DNA of 62,182 nt, counting the filler, from Sphacelaria rigidula (lineage: Eukaryota): NCBI GenBank assembly GCA_964200075.2. It is 6 parts of 6 records of this genome, joined end to end, with 100 filler letters (N's around TTAATTAATTAA, not from the genome) between each part and the next. Parts side by side here need not be neighbours in the genome. Positions count along the whole stretch, not along the records: positions 31,143 to 41,422 come from CAXNAA020006800.1; positions 41,523 to 51,802 come from CAXNAA020006801.1; 4 more parts are not named here. The stretch is one strand, 5' to 3'. The translations under genes and the position numbers were made by a program. Below the pieces are notes generated by a model, which saw only the letters and a program-made list of their open reading frames with translations, was not told the DNA's origin and did no database searches. Position 1 is the first letter of the stretch, and each line of letters begins with the position of its first letter. This document shows positions 38,301 through 51,000 of the stretch, in pieces.

Positions 38301-38921
38301 GACGTATGCTGAGTGTTCCCGCGATCGCATGAAAACATTCTCGGTGTACGTGATTTTTTCAGCAAGCACACAGCATTTTGGAGAGGCCGTTTTACAGCGC
38401 CATTCCCGGTGTGTGCATTGGTGGTACATGAGATGACCTCTTATTGGCATACGATCCAAGCACTAAAATAAGCCTCATGGAACCCACGTGCTACCGAAAA
38501 AACGCAAAGTAAGCAGCTTGCAACACGCACGGAAACTTAATCACAAAACGCGTAAAGCACGCACATGGACAAGCGTCGAGGAAACTACAAACCAGCAGCA
38601 CGCAATAAAAAAGCGCACAGTAGACACAAAACGCGTACGAGACACTTGAGGTACTCCAGAGACATGGAAAAAATACAGGCAGACCCACCCGAAAGCAGGA
38701 AGCAAACGACGTACACACAAGAATGAGATAAATAGCACCACATTGTACAAGGCGTGGGTTGAATTGTAGTGTTTTGTTTCGCTTCTTAGATCATACATAC
38801 GCACGAGATTTGCGAGGATAGCGAGCACGTCGAGTTTGGTGTCCTTGTCCGACACCGCGTCGTCCTGGCAATTCAGTAACTTGCCCACCATCACGTGAAG
38901 CGTGTCATCCTTGAGAAACTC
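32377..38921 (-). CDS. Internal exons of an unknown helical (possibly ARM-like) protein: 38921-38805, 37953-37843, 34276-34076, 33412-33218, 32598-32377
   Basis: Five phase-0 GT/AG exons join in frame (EFLKDDTLHVMVGKLLNC...; VYRRYEKPLVLQLCRLVRGFTHP...; DSLLEITLRSRVIEKLSVALHDCLF...; DHLAVHCVHIFTQNLYHYA). Confidence 0.75.
32955..33105 (+). repeat. 3' part of the SINE family seen at 44045-44335
   Basis: gacgagggaaagggact...aataaaggcaagcatcgcag...gtgttggccttcctc matches the reverse complement of 44045-44200. Confidence 0.75.
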
Positions 38922-41422
38922 CTGCGATGTGAAGTGCAACCGGGGGGACAGACGTTACACCCCATTAATGTACGCATCGACGCTCAATCAACATCAAAGA
39001 GAGGATCCTGGAAAATGGGTTTAATTTGTAAGTGGGGTTGAACCCACGTTCCGCCAATTCACATTTTCCTCGGAGCGCTTCTGCAAGACAATCAGCCGAA
39101 GATTTTATTTTTCTATTGAAATTTCCTAGCTTGCCTTGTCGCGCGTTGTTGCTCTGGCGTCTAAAGCCATATGGATCTCCTTTCGTGCATTTCGAAACGG
39201 TTATCACAAGATGAGAGACACCGCTTTTCATCGGATTCCCTCCTCCCTGTGGGACATGATGCCGGAGGTTTCTGGAGTCCTCGGAAAATTCGCAAAAGGC
39301 AGGGAGTTTCCCACCTGAAATGTTTTCCCATTTTCATGTCTGTGAAACGTTTTCAGCAACGGAATTTATATCCCTAAACACCGACGGCTGCACTTTACTT
39401 CTCAAGAAAATATTCCTTCGTTCATCATTTCGAGAGAAGTTCGAAAAAACCTTGGAACAATTTTTGAAGACACCCGGAGGGAGCCGACGAAAGCGCCACC
39501 GATCACCCGGTGAGAGTCGTTTTGGATGTACGAAAGGAGATACATATGGCTGTAGGGACTGGAGCAGCAACTCCGTGACAAGGCAAGCTGGGGAAGTTTG
39601 CAATAGACTCATAGAATCCTCAGTTGGTTGTTTTTGTCAAACTGTTCTGGGGAAAACGTGATTTTTTGGAAGGTGAGTTCATCTCCATCTTTCAACCCCA
39701 TTTTCCAGGATCCTCTGTTATCATTCAGTCAAATACCGGAAGTAGCACTTGGGGAAATGTTGGAATATAGGTGTCTTCGAGAGCCATAGGCAACAACTCA
39801 CATATGACGTACAAATGATAATTTGTCCTGCAGGGATCAATATCCTCTAGGTTGATTGTGAGGTGAATTTCGTAGTGGATCATCACACCAAAAATCAACG
39901 TAAAAGCGACACTTTCTACGATAGTCCCCCCTCCCCCCCCCAAAAAAAACAAGCCCAAAAGCGTCACTAAATGTTTTTCATACAGCGCCTGATGTTTGGG
40001 TTCAGGCTGCATGAAGCACCTCATATGCGCGACGTTTGCGAAAACGAACCTAAGTGTGGGAATTCCCAGCTGCTCGTTGTGCTCGGGTTTTCCCATATCT
40101 ATTTACGTGAAGATTTGGCCTCCCCAAACCAGGCACGTTTTTTGGGGGGGCTATCGTAGAAAATGTCAAGCGTCCGAGGACCTATAACAACCAGGACGTT
40201 GGAGTTATCGGCAGCATAATATCTTTACATGCGCATGTCCACCCGGGTTTGAGTGGCCGAAGCCCTCTTGACGTGTACACGTTACACTTCTTTTTCTAAA
40301 TATAAACTTTGAACCAAGTTGGTCAAGTACTCTATATCAAGCTTGGAAAAGGCATTGCCTTCTAGGGAAAGCTACGGGGTTGCCAGGAGTTAGCCAGCTT
40401 GTTCGAAGATTGATCGTTCAGTGACTGTCTTGTCGAGATCAAGTGTTGAAAGTTGGGAAATCAATGTCGGAAGTTCGGGTTATTGGCCGAAGGCACTCCA
40501 CACGCGACCATTCGGCTACCCCCCAAAATACGCTGTTCTGTAGGGCTGGATACTGGCGGAGCCAGTCAGGATCCTGTATACTGGCAGCCAGTGTACAGGA
40601 TCCGATCAGTACACTGGTGGCGCGGCGAAGCCGCGCCACCATCGACCCCCCCCGGCTGGTGAGGAGGCCCCACCGGAGGCGCCCCCAGAGGGCCCCGCTG
40701 GAGGCGCTGTTATACGCGATTTGGCTTCACTAGAGCATAAAAAGTGAGTGATTTTGGCCCATATGACAGAGGCACTATCGCGGGGAAAACGATAGAAATT
40801 TCGACGACAACGCCCAAATTTACTGGTTTTCTACTTTCCTACATGAGGGAATGTGGCACAAAATTTAAACTTTGCAATCCCCACAAACTCCAGGATCTCC
40901 AGGATCGTGGGAGACGTAGTCTGTGCATATGAAAGTGCGTGGCACTGCATGTTCCACCAAACCCCTCACGTTGAGGAGCATTGAAAAAATGCAAGCGACC
41001 AAGTAGAAAGCCCTACAAAACCAGCTAACAGTGGATCCTAGAAAAAGGGTTCATACAAAATATGGGGTTGAATTGACATTTTTCTTTTGCAGGGAAGACG
41101 CGAACACTTGCGATCTAGCGAAGCCATGTTCCCCCCCAAATGTCTGCAGCAGTTGAGCAGCTGTGGCTAGGTGCACCTAACGAATGCGATGTACACGCGT
41201 GTCGATGACGATATCCCCAGAGAGAGAAGCAACGACAGAGAGGAAGCTCCTCGCCCGTGTCCATTTTGTGTCCCTGCTCGGCGATTACCAAACTCTCGAG
41301 AGACTGGCATCATCGATCTTACCAGCATGTGCCAAATGTTTCATGTGCCAGAACATCGACGTGCGGAGAGATATTGTCGTCTCTTCTTGCCCGTCGCCAA
41401 CGCGAAGATCGATTTCTCTCTG
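36150..41422 (+). pseudogene. Decayed ZNFX1-like gene antisense to the helical-protein gene, spanning two of its exons
   Basis: KSILFPAPT (~36190), GAP/G motif I-like (~37365), VVVFWTILHNAV (~37490) | exon | ILLRNDEAR (~38180) | exon | WIITP (~39880), HLICATFAKTNLSVG (~40030), LPACAKCFMCQNID...SCP (~41320-41395). Confidence 0.55.
39000..39716. mobile_element. MITE with 20-bp TIRs and long inverted arms
   Basis: AGAGGATCCTGGAAAATGGG / CCCATTTTCCAGGATCCTCT; a related end lies at ~41030. Confidence 0.88.
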
Positions 41423-41522
41423 NNNNNNNNNNNNNNNNNNNNNNNNNNNNNNNNNNNNNNNNNNNNTTAATTAATTAANNNNNNNNNNNNNNNNNNNNNN
41501 NNNNNNNNNNNNNNNNNNNNNN
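41423..41522. other. Artificial contig linker
   Basis: N-TTAATTAATTAA-N. Confidence 0.99.
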
Positions 41523-42239
41523 AAACAAAGAGGGTGCCCAGGTTTGTCGCTAATGCACCATGGTATACCCTACTGTGACGTTTGCTCTTATTTTATGAAT
41601 ATTTCATTATTTCCATATTTCAAGTATCCAAGGGCGTCTCTGGTAGGGTATACCCTATATTGTGGTACCTTGAGAGTGTCGCACATGACCTGCCTAAGTC
41701 ACTCTCGATGACTTGTATGGGCTTGAGAGAGGGGAATAACAGCACTGGGCCTGCTGCTGCTGTGGGCATGGGTCGCATCTCCATTTTTTAATGTTACCAC
41801 AATAGCGGGTATACCCTACCCCACCTTCCCTTGCAGGTATCTCAAAGAAACTTTCACGTCATCCAAACGTATTGGCATTCGCACGGTATAGGCCAAAATT
41901 GTGGATACCACCCCTGAATTCATGGAGATCACAACCCGGGTACAGTTATTCCTTGTCCCCTGCGCTACCAGGCACTCCCCGCCCAAATCCGACTTCACCA
42001 ATTTTGTTATGGGCTCTCAATGACTTCGCTCATGTATTGAACTCGAATGTCTCGGACACGTGGCCTGGAATAGCGTGGAACTGTCCTATACTAAAATCGG
42101 TGTACAACAGAACCGGTGACAGCAAACTTTAAATAAACTGAACACCTGGTGTCTTCATCACTAGTTCCAGTTTAATCGATAGTAATACTATTTTTCAGCT
42201 GAAATAGGGATTTTGTTGTTGTAGTGGACGATTTCCAAT

Positions 42240-43120
42240 CGTGTTTTCGCGTCCCACCGCTCATCCCAGCGAACGTTTGATCCCAAAGTTGGGGGATCGG
42301 GAGATACTAGGTATCTGCTCCGCATTGCGGAACAACACCAAATCTGCACTCGATATTGAACGGCCTTACGGGGTCACCGGTTTTCGGGGGTCTTGTGACT
42401 ATCCAGCCCCAAGGTACTGACTCTTGGGTATGTTTGCACGATTGAAGCAATCCCGTTTGCTCTGGTAACCACTTGAAAAGCAATGTTTTAATTTTTCATC
42501 AATTCATTGCACTAGAGCAAAAAAACTGTGTGCTTTTTTACCAGTGACGGTCGATAACACCCCCTGATAAACAATGTACTTACACCGTATCATTCCGAGA
42601 ACACCAATTGAGGATTGTGTCCTGAGCGCGACCTGCTTTTTTTTGCCAATATCTTTCGACGCCAGAGCTTTCGAGTGCCAAAAAAGAATACTACACGAGA
42701 AAGTTCAGAAAAGTACCCAACTACGAAAAATGCTCAACCGAGCTCTGCATAGCACACTGGGGGGTGTACTCATTTGTTGCTTGCCTTAGTCGTTCGACCA
42801 TAGCACACTGGGGGGGGAGGGGTGAACCAATCTCGATCGCTCCCGTGTATATTCTTACAGATCCCTATTCTCCCTTTTGTTCAACCTTTTCACTAAAAGA
42901 AAAGTGTTGTGGACCAAAAACGGTCAGCAACACCCTTGTCAATTCAGCCCGTAAGACGTTCAATGATGAGATATGACTCTTGTTTCGGGATGTGGCGCGG
43001 ATGCCTCGTAGCTCCCCATCCCCAAACTTCGGGATCGAGCGTTCACTGGGGTGAGCGATGGCATACATTTTTTTTCGAAATTGCCGACTGCACAAAATTG
43101 CAAAAATCCCGCATGTCAGC
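42240..43120. mobile_element. Two degenerate, oppositely oriented MITE-related copies
   Basis: gatcccaaagttgggggat (~42280) vs catccccaaacttcgggatc (~43020); motifs shared with the 550-bp MITE family. Confidence 0.55.
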
Positions 43121-44044
43121 TGAAAATTACTCTATGCCAGCCGCGTCGCGGGCATGCACGGCGAAATGGCCGGAGGGAAGAGGAAGGTAGGACGACCAAC
43201 GAGACGCCTGCATCACCGTGTTTCTGAGTGTTGCCCCACCTTCGGAATAGGCGCGACGTCATAGAAGCAGATCACCCAACATGTTTCTGAGTGGTACCGG
43301 GTCGTGGAGGAAGGGGTGAAGATGCACACGACAAACTGGACCACCACGCGCGTGAACGCGACCACCGCGCGCCATGCCAAGAAACTTATTTGCTGTGTCA
43401 CGAAGAGTTCCCTGTATTTATTGAAGGTGACCGAAACTTGATCGGTAATCCACCATGTAGTACCCTCGCTTATGCGTCTGGCGTCTTTCTGCAAACTTTG
43501 TTGTTTTTCTCCGTGGGTACCTGGGGGTATTGTTCCTCTCTCTCTTGGTATTCATATATTTTACTGTTTTTTACTTTGTACTTAGTCTCTCGGCTTCCTT
43601 TACTTCATCGGCAGGGGTAAATTTCTATTTCACCCCGCCCCGACCAACTCGAGTGGAGTTTTTTCCTCTTCTGTTTTCTTGACATCGCTCTCTTTTCGTT
43701 TTATTTTACCTTGTTTTCGAAGTCTTGAAAGAAGTCACTCAATAAGCGGTTCTATCTCACACAAGAAATAGTGACGGTACCCGGAAGGCGAGCCTGCGTC
43801 TGTGAACTCGGGTTCGAGAAATCGGGTCCATGCGCGGAAAAGATCATAGTAAGAGTAATAACTAGTGATACGCCACGGCTAACGCGCGTGGCAGTAGTAC
43901 CGTAGGTATCAACCTCACGGGTCTCGCACGCGCGGTCGTTGAGCAGTGGTGTGACGTTTGGATTTGTGTGTGTTGTCATCTCATCTATTCTGGACGCAAG
44001 CAGTCTACACCTTGTTTCGGTATTCATATGGGTGCATAAGCCGG

Positions 44045-44335
44045 GGTCACGCGAGACGAAGGCTAACACGGAAGTTTTATCTTTTTATTTTGTTCTAGTA
44101 CTCCGCCTTCCGTCTGCGGTACTTGCCTTATTTTTTTATCTAGAGAGGCGTCCAGCAGTCCTTTTTCCTCGTCGACCATGAAGTCGAACTTCGGATATCC
44201 ACGACATAGTCGCTCTCCACTGTTGGGCATGGTGTGATGAAAAATTCCAGTTTGTGTGACTTCGTCGGGGTTCGAACCCCCGATCCAACCGTAAGAAGTA
44301 TTCGAGGTTACGAACTAAGCCACCGGGGCGACCGA
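44045..44335 (-). mobile_element. tRNA-derived SINE (full length), with a partial second copy at ~44405-44590
   Basis: Minus strand CGGTCGCCCCGGTGGCTTAGTTCGTAA (A box)...GGTTCGAACCCC (B box), plus a body repeated elsewhere in the window. Confidence 0.85.
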
Positions 44336-44779
44336 CCACTGGATGTTGTTGTTATTTTCGTTGTTGTTTTGAAGACAGAGAGACACGTAATGGCAAGACA
44401 GAAGGCTTCCACACACGAGGAAGGCCAGGGTTTTTATCTTGTTTTGTGAACTCGGCCTTCCTTCTGCGGTGCTTGCCTTCCCTTTTATTCAAGGCTTAAG
44501 CGGTCCCTTCCCCTCGTTGACCGTGAAGTTGAGTTTTGTGTGGCATAGTCGCTGTCCACTGATAGGCATATGTTGTGAGAAAAATCCACACCCTGGACAA
44601 TGTATTACGATGTCAAGAAGTGTACTGCATACAGTGTCGACTATTGCGTCTATTGTAATACGGAGCAAAGGAAATTGGTCATCTTGGAACGGTGCGGTGC
44701 CGCTGAACGTATGGTACACGGTTGTGGGCTGCCAACGGGGTCGCTGCCAACACTACCTCACACCATTGTTCCCAATATA

Positions 44780-44930
44780 GAGGTTTGTCCGCAGTCGTCT
44801 TGATTTGAGAGTGTATACGCATGATCCTAAAACAGAAATATTTGTCCGTAGTCATCTTGATTTGAGAGTGCATATGTATGCTTCCAACCTCGAGATGTTT
44901 GTCCGTAGCCGTTCTGATTTGAGAGTCAAG
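44780..44930. repeat. ~57-bp tandem repeat, three units
   Basis: tttgtccgyagycrtyytgatttgagagt x3. Confidence 0.8.
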
Positions 44931-45099
44931 ATTATACATGCATGTGTGACGTACTGCCGTTGCCTGTCCACTGCATTTTGGATGGGGAGTGGGTGCAGTA
45001 ACCAACCCAAACCCTCGTCGTCATCCCAACGAAGGCATACTGAGAACCCTCGGACATGGCGGGTGCAGCTCTTACAAGTCTATACACAGTATTCTTTGT

Positions 45100-48000
45100 T
45101 TTATGGCAATCCGTGCGGTGACGGATGAGGGCCAGCCGTGTTTGTGCAACAAAATTTGCTCAAGGTGGAGTATGGAGTGGTAGGTACACCACACATCCTA
45201 CAGGTCCAGCATACGTGAGAGAGCCGTGAGTATGTACTGTAATGTGTGAGTAGTACAGTGAGAAAAACATGACGGCCGAAGAAATTTTCTTTCACCGTAT
45301 TGGTACACAGTGTAGCTGGATACATAGGTGAGGGCAGTGAGCGCACATTACACCGCGTTCTAGCAGCGCACGTACGTCGGACCCCCCCATTATTCGCCGA
45401 TGGGTGTCCAGGCTAGGGGGCGGTGTTTGATGACGCAAGCAAAAACCCTGGATCGTTGCGCATGGGTGCAGTAGGTATAACAGTATCGGTAGACGCTAGA
45501 GTACGGGTTTTTCAGATTTTGTGGGTAGACAATCAACTTGACCATTTGGCACGGATCATTTTTCGGCCTTCTTGTGCGGGACGTTTGAGAAAAGTGACAG
45601 TTTTCTCCTCTTCAATCCGAGCGTCTAGTGTCAAATGCTGCTCTGAAAATGATTATTTTTTACTTGAAAAAAGTATGAAAACTCCGAACACGATCTGTTG
45701 ATAACAGTACAGGGCGAAGAGACATTACGCTAATAATCAATTTCAATGATGATTATAATGATAATGCTTATAAGAAGAACAGCAATGATGATGAGACCAA
45801 CAACAAAAATAATACTATGAAAAACTAAACTATGGAATCCCGCTACGAACAGTTGCTGAATGCAGGGGCAAAGTTATCTTGATCCCTCCAGAGACAATAC
45901 CGTTTCGCTTCCCCCGAGACCAGGACACTAGCTCTTGGAATAAGTATAGCCGAAAATGATTACTCGAATATAGCGTGGTCATTCTAAATCCTATACTTGC
46001 ACAATGTCGACATACGCACGCTAGATAATGCCCCTACGCGTAGGAGACGCACGAAGTTTGCTAAACACCGCTCCCCTAAAAACGTGGAATTAAAACTTTT
46101 GGGCAATGATGTCTTTTCCAGCTTTACAGACACCTTCGGTTCATGGGTGTTTGCTGTCTAAACATTTCTTGAAAAAATTGCATGAATCCGTAAAGTGTGC
46201 TGTTTCGTGTTCGCGTTTGCTTATTGTTGCTGCACTTGGGCGGGACTGTCCTCCATGCCCTTTCAGCCCCGAGTGCCTGAAGGAGCTACTTGACCGAGAA
46301 TCCAGGTGCCCTGTATGCATGCGACAACTCAAAACTATTGGCGCCCAGAACGCGTTCTATGCAAACAAGGTGAGCGCCTGAGTAGCTTGCGCACGCCTGG
46401 GCACGGTTCAGCAAACGAGACTCCGTGCACAACCACGTGTGGTGTAGCTCTTTGCGGTGGATGACACGAGTTCAAGCAAGTGGTCGCGCCCGTGTCGTGC
46501 GCAAGACGAGTGAAGAGCGCCGCAATTGGAATTTCTAGGTGGATGAACACAAAAAATCCTGCTGTGTTGTAGGATGCAAACAGGCCGTCGTGTACATGTG
46601 CATACGCGATTGCGCTGAACACTCTGCGTCGGGGTGCACCTCTTCCTCCTCATGACACTGCACTCCGCGCAGAGGTGCTGTCGTTCCAGCTGCAACGGCC
46701 CTTCTGACGGTGCATTTCCGTGCTGACCGTTCGATTCGCACAGGTGGCCGTTCCTCGTCCACCACCACGAGACGTTCGCCGTCAAGTAGCTGTCGATGGT
46801 GAAGTAGGAGAGGTGAGCTGCCAGCAGGCATGAAAAGCTGTTTTCCCAGGTAGCGGCAACATGAAATGAACTATGGTAGCTGATTTGTTCTTTCCTCTAG
46901 ACCCCCGCCCCCCCGATTTCTGTCCCTCAAACCAGCTTTAACGCTGAAAGTGCTGACCTAGAGCCGTAAACCATGTGGCAGCCATACGTCGTTATGCCCG
47001 TGGTGTAGCTTGGTTACAACTCGATCATTGTTGAGAAACACAAAATTGGTTATATTGATTGCTCGACAACGTTGAATACACTGTGCCTTCCCAAAGTTGC
47101 GCACACGACGGTCTCGAAAACATGTCTGCTCTCAACGGTACTTGCATCCTCTCACAGGTCTTCAGACAAAAAGAGGCCGCTTGGCGCAAAAAACAGAATG
47201 AAGATGAAGCGGCGACCTGGAAAATGTTGGTGGCTGAACGACAGGGGGGAGGCTCGGGAGACAGTGGAGTTGGCATGAGTAAAGAAGAGCTCAAAATTGA
47301 GCAAGCGAAGTACGAGCAACAGCTGGTTAGTTTCAGAGTAATACAAGCCACGTCTACCGAGGGTACTTCGGCGCGTCTGACGCACGTGTGGTACCCCGTA
47401 CACACCGAAGTACGCCGTCAGCAAGACTACTTGGTTCCGTCAGCAAGACTACTTGTTTCCTGCTGCTGATTGTTCACTTACCTCGCGCTCAGCAGGGCGC
47501 CACTCGAACATGTTGCTGGAGATGAGTCGCCTCGTGTCCCCGAATATGGCAATCGGCGTGTTTTTCAACCCCCGAGACTACTTCCCAATCGATCTCAACC
47601 TTGGGAGCTACAATACATGTGATTTGTCACAGCTCCGACTTTTATCATCTTATGTATCATTGAGCTTGTAACGCTGTCAATCGTTCGCGTACTTCACCTC
47701 AAAACCGTCACCATCATGCTGCGGCTTGAACGCTGTGGTGGGGTGCCCGCATACCGAACGCTCACTCCCGCATGCGGAAACATTTGGCCACATCGAAACG
47801 CGTACCCCAAAGGTGAAAGGTGCGGCTACCGAATCCTTGGTGAATCTCCACTAGTTTGGTACTTCCGAGCGTCCCCGTTTAGTGTCTTACGCGTGTAGTT
47901 TTTCTTTCTTTATATGCAAACTGTGTCCCTCCTCCGATGATGCTCGCGTACGCTGTTTCTACAGGCGAAACTTAAAAACAACGAGGCACAAGGGGAGGTT

Positions 48001-51000
48001 GACGCGGATGAGGAATTTGCCCGTAAGCTTGCGGCCGAGCTGCAAGCTAGCGAGGAGGCGGAGGTAGAGAAGGAACGACTCAGGATTGAGCAGGACGAAA
48101 TGATGGCGAGAAAACTGCGACAAGAATACGAAGCAGATGAAGCGGCGCGCAAGAGAGCCGAGCAAAACGCGGAAATTGTAACCGTGGCCGACGTGGCCGA
48201 CGTGGACGATTCACCGAAAGTGGTGGATGCGACCGGAGGTGCGAACAGCGATACTCCCAGTTCGAAAGACATGCCGGGTGGAAGACGGCAACGCCGTGAC
48301 CGTGGGAATGGCCACAGCAGTCCTACTCACGTGGACAACGGATTGCGGCCCGAAGCACCAGGTGCATCTCGGTCAAGCGCCGCAAGCTCTTCGACCAGCC
48401 GGGTATTGAGTGCTCGTGGAGTGGAAAACGGCGCCAGATCACAGGCATCACATTCACGTGGAAACGCGAAAAATCGCAAACGGTCTGCGTCTCCTACCTC
48501 CAACATACACAACGGTCACGCGCGCTCGAAACAGCGACCCAATTCGTCGGCCGATGCCGGACCCGGATCGCTTGGTGTGGATAGTTCGCGACGCCGTAGG
48601 CGGTTGACAAAAAATACAGATGGCGATACCGAGGATAGCGGTAGTACTGCACAAAGCCTGCTTGAATAGGTGAGAGACGTCGTTGCTGCTTGTCTGCACG
48701 CAGGCCGACTCTTGTGGTTCGAATGCATCAACCGCTTGTTGGTCGTGACTGTCGAACCCTTCGAGATATTGTTGCGCATATGGCTTCACAGCTCTCCGGT
48801 GAAGAGAGAAGACACGAAGTTGTGACTCACAGAGGTCGTTGCTTCCATTGACCATCCATTCGTTGAATTGTTAAGTGATTTCAACACCTTTCTGCAACTT
48901 GCCCTGGGTGCTTGCACTCTATACATGTGTCGTGAGGGCGGTGCTCCGAGGAGTCGGTACTTCGTTCGCCGTGGCTGTGCCCCGTTCCTTGTACATGGGT
49001 GAAATCACCTCAATTCGGGCACTTGATCATGTGCACGTGATACATCGCGATGCGCACGTTTAACCCTTAGACGGCGAGAGTAGGTCATCTGCTGAATCGT
49101 CATCAATTCCACTTGAAAAAAGTATGCATAATCCAGATGGACTCCCCCCTCGCGGTGTAGAAGTTAAGATGCCAACCAATCGACCATATCACGAAGTAGG
49201 TATTCGTCAGTTACGCTTGTTGTTGCGTTATTCTGTCCTTCAACTTGAGATGGGGATGACAAATTGCCCACTCAAATCGAGCGCCAGTTTGCTTTGTGTG
49301 AGCCAGCGTCTCAACGGAAGGAACCAGGGCAGGCATGTTGAAATTTCTCCAATTTGAACACATGATCTCCCGGTTGCCCTTCCTTCCTCGAGCAGACTTG
49401 GATCCACCACCGCATATTATGATGACCTCAGCAATGGAGACGAATTTATTGGCATGCTCAGCACGGAGATATAGCCCTGAAAGTGGAAAGGGCGTTGGGT
49501 GTATTGAGGTTTCGTCTAGGACGGCCAATGCGTGCTGCGTGTCATGTGTGGGCGTTGTCATTTAGACGGCTGTATTACTGTACGTAGGAGTTAGCAGACA
49601 ATTCTACAAATATATGGGACGTGTACGGAGTAGAGTACAGGTGAAGCACAAGCGAGTTGCTTGGGTGGGGTTTGTGTTGTGAGTATTACAGGTTTATGTA
49701 TTTATCAATTAGTTGTCAAAGCTAGCATAGCTACCTCGTAAACACTAGTCAACTTGAATTATGCTTACTCCGGTGGTGGAGCTGAGCTGTACCGCGCCCG
49801 AGAAGATGAGTGACAAGTCGTCGAAGGTGCTTGCGGAAGAACAACTCTAACGGACGTTCATCGCGTTATTCATAGCGTTTCTCCAGACCGGAGTGCTAAT
49901 AGTCGAGAGAGCACGCTCACCATTGCGCGAAGTCTAAATGCCGTTCGGTACAAGACGCATCTGAAGCAGCTTCGGAACGGAGAACAAGCAAAGCCGATGG
50001 CCGATGCCATTCGCTGGTTGAATTTTTGTTTTCTTGCAGAACTTGGGGAGTTCCCCAATCAACAGATGCTTTCACGGGGTTTTGCCTGGTGCAAATTGGT
50101 CCCGACCCAGAAACGTCACTTTGAATTCCCACTACTTACAAGTGTTCGGGGTGCGGCCGGATGGGATGAGATCTCGTTCTTGGAATAAACGGCAGCATGG
50201 AGCAATTATGAGGTCCTCGAAATGAGGCAACGTGGACTTCTTGACAACGAAAGCGAGTACCTTGGCGTGAACGCTCAATAGGGACCGCAGCTGAGCATTA
50301 TTCGCTACTCTTATAACGCAAGTGGTTTTCGCAGCCAGGACCTTCCGAGGTTCGTGTGCAGAGTTATCTTTCTTGAGCGGACCGCAATGAGGTCAATACA
50401 GATTCAAGCAAGAAATTGGGCTTGGAGGTGGGGTGGGAGGCGAGGGGGGCGTCGGAATTCCAGCGAACACCGTCTGCCCGCCAAGTGCGTAGTTCCCTGG
50501 ACGTAGTCGGGCGTACCTGTGGTTTCAATTACAAGCTCGGATCCGCGCACATGATGTGTGTGCATACGACAAAGAATGTTCCACTGTTTCGTTATACGAA
50601 ATTCGCTTGAAGCTACTTGGTCCTTCGACACCCCCCGAGCAACCCCGCAGTTTCCACCGGCCCCCTATCCCCGCCTTAGCATATAGAGATGCAGTACGCC
50701 AGGCCATCGTTCCACTGCGAAGTGGCACTGTTTGGTGTTGTGCTGATGTTGGGAGCAGCGAGGGGACGATGTTTTGGGGTAGATCAGCGGTATAAGCTAT
50801 TTGTTCGTGAATCTCTCGCTTGACAGAAGAAAACGAAACGTTCAATGCAAGCAAATAGAGCGGGGGGGTTGCTTGGGAGGCGCCTCTGCCAGATCATCGT
50901 CCCGCGTGCACGTTTAGTCCTGTCTGGCTTGGTTTTATGGTTCTGGGACAGCGAGGAAGCGAGGAGGCAACGTCCCTGGATGTATCATATGTATGCATAA

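Noticed and set aside
44250-44335. tRNA genes here and at ~23550, ~27640 and ~30700
   Set aside because: A/B boxes are present but there is no full cloverleaf, and they are attached to repeat bodies, so these are SINE heads.
44780-44930. CRISPR-like array (also 640-820 and 53540-53640)
   Set aside because: The spacers are related to each other, there are few units, no cas genes, and the context is eukaryotic; these are tandem repeats.
49900-50100. MULE transposase (GHRLCLF)
   Set aside because: No DDE context; the surrounding motifs fit SF1 helicase motif I in the expected order.
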